Below, piece by piece: positions 33,134 through 43,400 of a DNA stretch of 64,000 bases. A program made the translations under genes and the position numbers. The notes under the pieces are model-generated. The model made no database searches, had not been told where the DNA came from, and saw nothing but the letters and a program-made list of their open reading frames with translations. The stretch is taken from NCBI RefSeq assembly GCF_039654945.1, contig NW_027361924.1, forward strand, positions 11,036,001 through 11,100,000, in the 5' to 3' direction. The stretch is from Dendrobates tinctorius. Its lineage: Eukaryota. The first letter of the stretch is position 1; each line of letters opens with the position of its first letter.

Positions 33134-36100
33134 GTAACGGGGGCCGCGCCTCTGCCAGCCCCTCTGTCCATTGGGTGTTTCTGGTTAGGAAAAAAAAGCT
33201 GCATCTAAAATAAAAATACAGATCCTTACAAAATCCTCTAGACGTGTTTCCATAGTAACAGACTACAGACGAGCCCTGTGTAGTCAGATGGTGCCATGTG
33301 TTTCCATAGTAACAGACTACAGACAAGCCCTGCGTAGTCAGATGGCACCTTGTGTTTCCATAGTAACAGACTACAGACGAGCCCTGCGTAGTCAGATGGT
33401 GCCATGTGTTTCCATAGTAACAGACTACAGACGAGCCCTGTGTAGTCAGATGGCGCCATGTGTTTCCATAGTAACACTACAGACAAGCCCTGCGTAGTCA
33501 GATGACGCCACGTGTTTCCATAGTAACAGACTGCAGACGAGCCCTGTGTAGTCAGATGGTGCCATGTGTTTCCATAGTAACAGACTACAGACGAGCCCTA
33601 CGTAGTCAGATGGCGCCATGTGTTTCCATAGTAACACTACAGACAAGTCCTGCGTAGTCAGATGATGCCACGTGTTTCCATAGTAACAGACTGCAGACGA
33701 GCCCTGTGTAGTCAGATGGTGCCATGTGTTTCCATAGTAACAGACTACAGACAAGCCCTGCGTAGTCAGATGGTGCCATGTGTTTCCGTAGTAACAGACT
33801 ACAGACGAGCCCTGTGTAGTCAGATGGCGCCATGTGTTTCCATAGTAACACTACAGACAAGTCCTGCGTAGTCAGATGACGCCACGTGTTTCCATAGTAA
33901 CAGACTGCAGACGAGCCCTGTGTAGTCAGATGGTGCCATGTGTTTCCATAGTAACAGACTACAGACGAGCCCTGCGTAGTCAGATGGCGCCATGTGTTTC
34001 CATAGTAACAGACTACAGACAAGCCCTGCGTAGTCAGATGGCGCCATGTGTTTCCATAGTAACAGACTGCAGACAAGCCCTGCGTAGTCAGATGATGCCA
34101 CGTGTTTCCATAGTAACAGACTGCAGACAAGCCCTGCGTAGTCAGATGATGCCACGTGTTTCCATAGTAACAGACTGCAGACAAGCCCTGCGTAGTCTTA
34201 TGGCGCCATGTGTTTCCATAGTAAAACTACAGACAAGTCCTGTGTAGTCAGATGGCGCCATGTGTTTCCATAGTAACAGACTGCAGACAAGCCCTGCGTA
34301 GTCAGATGACGCCATGTGTTTCCATAGTAACAGACTGCAGACAAGCCCTGCGTAATCAGATGGCGCCATGTGTTTCCATAGTAACAGACTGCAGACAAGC
34401 CCTGCGTAGTCAGATGGCGCCATGTGTTTCCATAGTAACAGACTGCAGACAAGCCCTGCGTAGTCAGATGGCGCCGTCACGTTCCCTAACACCTGTGCGC
34501 TCCTCCTTCGCTACTTTCTTTGGAAAGACATATGATTTTTGTTTTTTATCGGTTACTAAGGCAACACCGATCTGTACACAGCTTCAATATGGACCTACAT
34601 TTCACTGACAACAGACTACGAGCAAACCCTGTGTAGTCAGATCCTACCAAGAAGGAAGGAACGTGACATATCGGACCACACAGGACTTGTTTATAGTCTG
34701 TTACCAAGGAAACACATAGCTCTGTATAGTATAAAGGCCCACGTTGCCTTGGTAACAGACTACAAACAAGTCCTGTGTAGTCTGATCCAACACCCTCGGT
34801 TTTTTTTTTTTGTTTGTTTTGAAAGGAGTATGACTGCAGGATCCGACTGCACAGGGTTTGCTCGTAGTCTGTTACCATGGAAACGTATAGGAGCTCGATA
34901 GTTTAGGATATTTATAAAGTTTCTTCACTTGATGCCTTAAGGCAATAAAGTAATACAAGGCGCGTGTGATGTGGTAGTGATCGCGGGGGCTTTCGGTAGT
35001 AACATTTGTGTGTTTTGGGCCAGTGGGCGCAGCAGAAGGCGGCCCTGCAGAGCGCCACGGAGCGGCTGGAGGTGGTGACCCAGGAGAAGGAGGCGCTGCA
35101 GGACGCCCTGAGGTGCAGCTCGGAGGACTGCGCTACCCAGGCGAGTCATTGTATAGACGTGTGGCGCAGGGATCCGTGTCACCCTGTGGACTCACCGGCT
35201 GCTGCGTCTCCTGCAGGTGAAGCAGCTACTGGAGCAGATAAGAAGCTCCGAGGAAATCCTGCGAGGTCTGCAGAGAACCATGGCTGACACCCAGCAGAAG
35301 ACGTCACTAAAAATGGTGAGACCAGGCCGTGTTCTCCATCCCTTCTTCACGCTGCTCTCCCGGAGGTGAAGCATTGCGCCAGCTGCCTGGCATTGAGCCG
35401 ACCGTCCGGTCCATTTCTAGGTTTCGGTGTCAGATAATCAGGATCTATTCTGATAATGGAGCAATGGGACAACCGGGATCACCACTGACGTCCCCTCCTC
35501 ACATCCGGGTGTTATGCTTTGTTTTCTTCCCAGGCCGCCCTGACGGCCTCCTTCAGCCGCATGTGTCAGGAGGTGAACGGTCTCGACGAGGAGAGCGAGA
35601 AGCTGAGGACACTAAGTTTACAAGCGCCCCCTGCTGGGCAGAACGCGCAGCTCTCATCCCCGCAGGTAGACAGAGACTTTATTACCGTGTGCACAGCGTC
35701 AGTCAGCAGCTGCTAAAGCCTGAGAGATATAAGGTGCAGGCAAAGACTCTCTATGGGGTACCTGGGGCCCTAAATTCTGCTAATGACTGGGCGCGTTACT
35801 CAGACAGAAAGTTACTTGGTATTTTAGGCTTTTGTCATATTTTATACCGTTTTTTTTTATTCCCAGAGAGCGGCACAGCACAGACAGGAGCGGTTGTGTA
35901 TTGAGATCGTCTCTCTGCAAGAGGAGCTGAAAGGTGAACAAGTGGCGAAGCAAGAGGTGGAGGAGCAGCTGAGGAGGGCGACGGAAACCTGCACCGAGGA
36001 GAGGGGTGAATGGGCTCAGTCTGGGGGGTGGGCGCCCGTCTCCTGTCACTGCCCACATTGGATGTCACCATGAGGCCCAGATCCGCTCCGCCGGTCACTG

Positions 36101-37859
36101 ATGGGGGATGGTCCTCCACATAAATGCCAACAAACCCAATCTTCTTAGGGCCGTCCCAGGGCCATGTGTGTTTTGGGGTCTTTCTATGGCATTTTGGGAA
36201 CAATCCTGGGGTTTCTCTTAAATTACCCAAATTTTACCCCAGTTATAATAGAAAATGGCAAAATAATAAAATGCATTCCCCCTTCCCGGCCCAGAAGTCC
36301 TTTATGGCCTCATGGAGGTAAAGATTCAACCAAAATTGATTTAAAAAAAAAAAAAAAATACATGAAATAAAATCAGATAATTAAGTAAAATCTCATGCTC
36401 CGACGCTGGAGCCGCCATCCACCCGGACATTTATTAATTAAAATAAATACAAATAAAATATATTAACTCTTTGTACTCTGCACTTAATAAAACAGATAAG
36501 TTTCATAAAAATGTTTAAAAAAATATAATTTATTATATCCTGGGGGTCTGGTCTGCCTCCTGTGACCTGCCGTGTATTTCCAGGGCATTACTGACATTTT
36601 ATTTTTCCCCCTCCTCTTCCTCGTGACGCGGTGATGCAGAGATTATGGAAGGTAGGTGCCGTTTTTTGGGTGGGGGCTCGGCCCGGCTCTCGCCCCTCAC
36701 TACTGGTCTGTAATCTTGCAGCCACGCTCTCCAGCCTGAGGACGGAGATGGAGCGGATACAGCAGGACCGAAAACAGGTGGGATAAGAGAGACCCCTTCA
36801 TTCTCTGCCTTCTCAGTCCCTGATTTTCCCGGCAGTCGGACGTGAACCTGGGGACCACCAAGAAGTGAAGGGTTAACAGATTACTTATTTTTATGGGATC
36901 CTTTTGACCGATGCGTCACACACTGAGTAGTTGAAAAAAATATTTTTTTGAGCTCTTTTGCTTTGAGCATCCCCCATGCTTTACACTGCAGCTTTTATGA
37001 CAATGCAGCAGCTCTTCTGTAGTGATGGAAAGCTGTGCCTGCAGGTCAGATGCACTGCCTCATTGATTAAAAATTCTGTACCATTTAATTTCTATAGATT
37101 GTGTAATACACAATCTATTGCAGGCTGAGTTAACTGGGAATCTGTCAGTGAGCTCCTTCCGATTGTGCTTCTTTCCCTGCAGGCGGAGCTGCAGCTGCAG
37201 GAGTCGGAGGGTCAGGTGCAGAAGCTCTGGGAGTCTCTTGGGGACCAGGAGAAGGTTCTGCAGCAGGAGAAGGAGGAGAAGGTACCGGCCCCTCGCTCAG
37301 TCTCCGTGCCGCGCTCCTCCTGCTCCGCGACGTCTCATCTTGTCTCTGTCCGCAGACCTCTCTGGATCTCGCTCTCGCCGATGAACGGAGCAAGGTCTCC
37401 AGGCTGCAGACGGAGCTGAGGACCAGCGAGGAGGTGCAGAGGGACTTTGTGCGCCTGTCACAAAAGCTGCAGGTAATCGAATGGCACTCGTCGTCTGCTG
37501 TTCTCTGGAACGTGTTCCATGCCCCAATGACAACACTTCCGGTCTGCAGCAGCTCACTGTTTAATAAAAGGGGATTTGTATATACATTGCCCCATCAATG
37601 TGCACCCGTATACACTCACACAGCCCATAATATACAACATCCCTGTGATAACACTGCCTGTGCTTATGACCGGAAGTGTTGTCATAGGGAACAAATGGTA
37701 TGCAGCTCTAATCTGAAAGGGTTTTCACTTTTTTAACAACCTCTGATCACACGACAGGTCATCCTGGAGAAAATCCGACAAGCGACTTCCATGGAGGACG
37801 TCCACGACATCTTGGAGGGGACGCGTTTCACAGACGTCAGTCAGCTGAGCGACACCTGA
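32876..37859 (+). CDS. RABEP2: Rab GTPase-binding effector protein 2 (~376 aa from first in-frame ATG; 5' end uncertain)
   Basis: join(32876-33133,35024-35140,35217-35315,35534-35665,35867-36005,36640-36651,36722-36777,37183-37281,37356-37472,37758-37859); motifs EDTASIISTATLVPECIYIPPAGYQL and TSEEVQRDFVRLSQKLQVILEKIRQA; ATTAAA 38053. Confidence 0.88.
33240..34475. repeat. 52-54-bp minisatellite (~23 copies) with RFX X-box
   Basis: gtGTTTCCATAGTAACagactacagacgagccctgtgtagtcagatggtgccat. Confidence 0.95.
35024..35140 (+). CDS. RABEP2: RABEP2 exon (GC donor)
   Basis: WAQQKAALQSATERLEVVTQEKEALQDALRCSSEDCATQ|gcgagt. Confidence 0.85.
35217..35315 (+). CDS. RABEP2: RABEP2 exon
   Basis: VKQLLEQIRSSEEILRGLQRTMADTQQKTSLKM. 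Confidence 0.88.
35534..35665 (+). CDS. RABEP2: RABEP2 exon
   Basis: AALTASFSRMCQEVNGLDEESEKLR... Confidence 0.85.
35867..36005 (+). CDS. RABEP2: RABEP2 exon
   Basis: RAAQHRQERLCIEIVSLQEEL... Confidence 0.85.
36640..36651 (+). CDS. RABEP2: RABEP2 12-nt microexon
   Basis: tgcag|AGATTATGGAAG|gtaggt gives E-I-M-E. Confidence 0.6.
36722..36777 (+). CDS. RABEP2: RABEP2 exon
   Basis: ATLSSLRTEMERIQQDRKQ. Confidence 0.88.
37183..37281 (+). CDS. RABEP2: RABEP2 exon
   Basis: AELQLQESEGQVQKLWESLGDQEKVLQQEKEEK. Confidence 0.8.
37356..37472 (+). CDS. RABEP2: RABEP2 exon (Rab5-binding region)
   Basis: TSLDLALADERSKVSRLQTELRTSEEVQRDFVRLSQKLQ. Confidence 0.92.
37758..37859 (+). CDS. RABEP2: RABEP2 last coding exon
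   Basis: VILEKIRQATSMEDVHDILEGTRFTDVSQLSDT*. Confidence 0.92.
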   Translation, partial: VILEKIRQATSMEDVHDILEGTRFTDVSQLSDT

Positions 37860-38324
37860 GTCACGGAACAGCGGAGACAGAGATGGGACCACACGCTGTA
37901 TACCGTGTATATAGGGTGTAATATATACGCTAATAACAGTGTCCTGCCGCCAGCAGGGGGCACATTCCCTAATACTACTAATCCGCCTGTGGGGAAACAA
38001 GTAGAGAGTGAAGGATTGTGTGCGACTAATGACCACTAACTGCTGTTACTTTATTAAAGGCTCTTTTATATCACACATGTCGTGTCTGTAATCCATAAAT
38101 CGAAGACTGGAACGTCCCTACTACCTGCAGTTTGCTTGAGACTATTGAAATGTCATTTTCTCTCTGCAAATCCCAACCACAATGCTTCCACGGGGGAAAT
38201 GGACCAACTATGACTTGGTCAGAAGTCACCCAAAACTTTTCATCTATAGAAAAATATTGATGTCTTGGCACCTGGCGTATACTGGTAGTGGTGTAACCCA
38301 GGCACCAAACTCTACAGGGGTGCA

Positions 38325-39190
38325 GGTAGAGGTGGTACTAGGGTCGGGATAGGATTAGAGCTGAGGTAGAGGTGGTACTTGGGTTGGGTTAGGATTAGGG
38401 TAGAGGTGGTACTGGGGTTGGGTTAGGATTAGAGCTAGGGTAGAGGTGGTACTAGGGTTGGGTTAGGATTAGGGTAGAGGTGGTACTGGGGTTGGGTTAG
38501 GATTAGAATTAGGGTAGAGCTGGTACTAGGGTTGGGTTTGGATTAGAGTTGGGGTAGAGATTGTACTTGGGTTGGGTTAGGATTAGGGTAGAGGTGGTAC
38601 TGGGGTTGGGTTAGGATTAGAGCTAGGGTAGAGGTGGTACTTGGGTTGGGTTAGGATTAGGGTAGAGGTGGTACTGGGGTTGGGTTAGGATTAGAGCTAG
38701 GGTAGAGGTGGTACTAGGGTTGGGTTAGGATTAGGGTAGAGGTGGTACTGGGGTTGGGTTAGAATTAGGGTAGAGCTGGTACTAGGGTTGGGTTTGGATT
38801 AGAGTTGGGGTAGAGATTGTACTTGGGTTTGGTTAGGATTAGAGATAGGGTAGAGGTGGTACTTGGGTTGGGTTAGGATTAGGGTAGAGGTGGTACTGGG
38901 GTTGGGTTAGGATTAGAATTAGGGTAGAGCTGGTACTAGGGTTGGGTTTGGATTAGAGTTGGGGTAGAGATTGTACTTGGGTTGGGTTAGGATTAGAGAT
39001 AGGGTAGAGGTGGTACTTGGGTTGGGTTAGGATCAGAGCTAAGGTAGAGGTGATGCTTGGATCCAGTTAGGATTAGAGGTGGTGCTAGGGCTGGGGTAGA
39101 GATGGTACTAGAGTCGGGATAGGATTATAGCTAGGGTAAAGGTGGTACTAGGGTTGGAGTAGAGTTGGGGGTAGGATAGAGTTAGGTCTA
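38325..39190. repeat. Degenerate telomere-like G-rich minisatellite
   Basis: gggttgggttaggattagggtagaggtggtact units. Confidence 0.85.
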
Positions 39191-39546
39191 TAGTTAAGGT
39201 AATAAATATTATGTGCAACTTTTATGTCTGTGGAAAAAATAAGAATACCCTACTGCCCCATAGAGCAAAGTATAATCTCTTCAGCATTTTCTTAAAATAC
39301 ACTCTGTGCTTGGGTTCAATACTGGATTGGTGCTGTGGACCCGGGGTGGGCTATTTATTAAGGAAAATACATTTGTCCTGCCACAGACCTGGTGATCCAT
39401 GCTATCCTACTGGTGACAGATGATCAAACATTCTGGATTATCAGACAGAAGTAAATAATTATAGACATATGATTGCAGTTTTCCTCCTTTTCACTGCATT
39501 TTCTCAAAAAAGTCTGCTGAATTGTTCAGTGATCGACCTTTGCTGC

Positions 39547-40061
39547 AGTTTCACTTCCATTTTTGGCTACAGAATCTCAAAGTATAACTTTTTGTGCCTG
39601 CAGTCACCACTAGGGGGAGCACACTGCATACATGAAACTTAACAGTCTGCAGTGAGCAGCTGCCAGTGGGAGACTCTGAACCCCCCCCCCAGGTACTATA
39701 CTGGAAAATGTAAAAAATAAAAAAAAATTTCCCAAAACTTGCAAGTTTCCATCACCATGCTATTCCCCAAATGCAAATAGAGAGATAAAATCTAAAAAAA
39801 TATTTTGATAAACGCAATGGAGTTGTGCTGCAATACCAGATATTAAATTAAGTTGAACGAATCTGAGCAGCAATTCCACACACAGCCTTTAGACAGGGGT
39901 GGCGCTCTTTTTGAAAGGAAGACCAAAGATCGGGGACATAGCACATGAAAAACTGCGTCTGAATTATGAGGTTTCCCCTTTAAGTGCATGGTTCTGGCCC
40001 TGAATAATCTGACCTCTTCTCCGCCTTTTTTCCAAACTTACTTTCGCTTTTGAAACTGAAG
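39547..40061. promoter_or_regulatory. IRF/ETS-IRF elements upstream of IFI44-like gene 1
   Basis: rc GGAAGTGAAACT 39547-39558; rc AAAAGCGAAAGT 40040-40051 followed by GAAACTGAAG. Confidence 0.55.
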
Positions 40062-40092
40062 TATAGGAACAGCTGCAGCTTTATCTGTGACC

Positions 40093-40447
40093 ATGTATTG
40101 TGTAAAGACCGGGGGGTTTAAGATGGTGAATGCTTCTTCATCTCTGCGGCAGATCATTACTGAATACTATCCGGGTTGCACTTTGGGGAACATCAACCAT
40201 GGAATCCAGAGAGTCCTCCTGCTAGTGTTCGGGATGCTCGGTCACGGGAAGTCGTCGTTCATTAATTCTTGCCTCTGTGTAATGAAGGGCGGAGGATACA
40301 ACAACACGGCGCCTTCTGGCTCGAATTTGGGAGGATTGACCATGGAGAGAAAGGAATATGAACTGACCAACAATCTGGTGATGATCGATAACCGGGGGTT
40401 CAACAAGCTGAAGCCAACGGAGGTGCTAGAGATGCGCGCCCAGTTCA
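40093..40447 (+). CDS. IFI44-like 1, coding exon 1
   Basis: Walker A and DNRG; a|gtgagt donor. Confidence 0.85.
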
Positions 40448-43400
40448 GTGAGTATTCCAAAAGCACCTTAAAGGGGTTATGTGGCAGCACAGGACATGTG
40501 ACATGTATAACTGGCAAGTGTGTGCAGACGTCACGTCATCGGCACCGCTCACTTCTACATCTGGAGGTGAGCAGCACCGATCATGTCACATATATAACTG
40601 GCAGGTATGTGCAGACGTCATGTCACTGGCACCGCTCACTTCTACATCTGGAGGTGAGCACCACGGTCATGTCACATGTATAACTGGCAGGTGTGTGCAG
40701 ACGTCATGTCACTGGCACCGCTCACTTCTACATCTGGAGGTGAGCAGCACGGTCATGTCACATGTATAACTGGCAGGTATGTGCAGACGTCATATCACCG
40801 GCACCACTCACTTCTGCATCTGGAGGTGAGTAGCACAATCATGTCACATATATAACTGGCAGGTATGTGCAGACGTCATGTCACTGGCACCGCTCACTTC
40901 TACATCTGGAGGTGAGCAGCACGGTCATATCACATGTATAACTGGCAGGTATGTGCAGACGTCATGCCACTGGCACCGCTCACTTCTGCATCTGGAATTG
41001 AGTAGCACGGTCATGTCACATGTATAGCTGGCAGGTATGTGCAGACGTCATGCCACTGGCACCGCTCACTTCTGCATCTGGAGGTGAGTAGCACGGTCAT
41101 GTCACATGTATAACTGGCAGGTATGTGCAGACATCACGCCGTAAGCACCGCTCACTTCTACATCTGGAGGTGAGCAGCACCGATCATGTCACATGTATAA
41201 CTGGCAGGTATGTGCAGGCGTCATGTCACTGGCACCGCTCACTTCTACATCTGGAGGTGAGCAGCACCGATCATGTTACATGTATAACTGGCAGGCATGT
41301 GCAGACGTCATGCCACCGGCACCGCTCACTTCTACATCTGGAGGTGAGCAGCACGGTCATGTCACATGTATAACTGGCAGGTGTGTGCAGACGTCATGCC
41401 ACCGACACCGCTCACTTCTACATCTGGAGATGAGCAACACGGTCATGTCACATGTATAACTGGCAGGTATGTGCAGACGTCATGCCACCGACACCGCTCA
41501 CTTCTACATCTGGAGGTGAGTAGCACGGTCATGTCACATGTATAACTGGCAGGTGTGTGCAGACATGATGCCATTAGCACCGCTCACTTCTACATCTGGA
41601 GGTGAGCAGCACGGTCATGTCACATGTATAACTGGCAGGTATGTGCAGACGTCACGCCACTGACACCGCTCACTTCTACATCTGGAGGTGAGCAGCACCG
41701 ATCATATCACATGTATAACTGGCAGGTGTGTGCAGATGTCATGCCACCGACACCGCTCACTTCTACATCTGGAGGTGAGCAACACGGTCATGTCACATGT
41801 ATAGCTGGCAGGTATGTGAAGACGTCACGTCATCGGCACCGCTCACTTCTACATCTGGAGGTGAGCAACACGGTCATGTCACATGTATAACTGGCAGGTG
41901 TGTGCAGACGTCATGCCACCGACACCGCTCACTTCTGCATCTGGAGGTGAGCAGCACAATCATGTCAGGGGTATAACTGGCAGGTATGTGCAGACGTCAT
42001 GCCACTGGCACCGCTCAATTCTGCATCTGGAGGTGAGTAGCACAGTCATGTCACATGTATAGCTGGCAGGTATGTGCAGACGTCATGCCACTGGCACCGC
42101 TCACTTCTGCATCTGGAGGTGAGTAGCACGGTCATGTCACATGTATAACTGGCAGGTATGTGCAGACATCACGCCGTCAGCACCGCTCACTTCTACATCT
42201 GGAGGTGAGCAGCACCGATCATGTCACATGTATAACTGGCAGGCATGTGCAGACGTCATGCCACCGGCACCGCTCACTTCTACATCTGGAGGTGAGCAGC
42301 ACGGTCAAGTCACATGTATAACTGGCAGGTGTGTGCAGACGTCATGTCACCGACACCGCTCACTTCTACATCTGGAGGTGAGCAACACGGTCATGTCACA
42401 TGTATAACTGGCAGGTATGTGCAGACATCATGTCACCGACACCGCTCACTTCTACATCTGGAGGTGAGTAGCACGGTCATGTCACATGTATAACTGGCAG
42501 GTATGTGCAGACGTCATGCCACTGGCACCACTCCCTTCTGCATCTGGAGGTGAGTAGCACGGTCATGTCACATATACAACTGGCAGGTATGTGCAGACGT
42601 CATGCCACTGGCACCGCTCACTTCTGCATCTGGAGGTGAGCAGCACAATCATGTCAGGGGTATAACTGGCAGGTATGTGCAGACGTCATGCCACTGGCAC
42701 CGCTCACTTCTACATCTGGAAGTGAGCAGCACAGTCATGTCACATGTATAACTGGCAGGTATGTGCAGATGTCATGCCACTGGCACCGCTCACTTCTGCA
42801 TCTGGAGGTGAGTAGCACGGTCATGTCACATGTATAACTGGCAGGTATGTGCAGACGTCATGCCACTGGCACCGCTCACTTCTGCATCTGGAGGTGAGCA
42901 GCACAATCATGTCAGGGGTATAACTGGCAGGTATGTGCAGACGTCATGTCACTGGCACCGCTCACTTCTACATCTGGAGGAGTGCAGCACGGTCATGTCA
43001 CATGTATAACTGGCAGGTATGTGCAGACGTCATGTCACCGGCACCGCTCACTTCTACATATTGGAGGAGTGCAGCATGGATCAATCTTTGAGTTTGCGCT
43101 CAGTATCTGCTCCAAAAACTCAACAATTTTTGAGCGATTTTCCAGACGTGATTTTGGAACGGGCTTTCAAAACCTCTGTGTGCACATCATTTTAGGGTGC
43201 AGAACTGTCAAATTCGCTTGTGAATTTATTGTGTCCACATCATTGCCAGTTAGTCTTGTTTTCAGGGAGACCCCCAGTAATATATAGGGAAGCTGAAGAC
43301 CAGCTTTTCTATCAGACGGGTATTGGACAGTGGCCGATGACTTCTCAAACGTAGAAGAACGTTTAGGTTGGGATCAGACTTGCGAGAAACTCTCATGAGT

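Noticed and set aside
38325-39190. True telomere or chromosome-fusion site
   Set aside because: No pure (TTAGGG)n run or head-to-head junction
40448-40683. C-terminal part of the 198-aa ORF
   Set aside because: Intronic read-through into the repeat; paralogue 2 confirms the donor position
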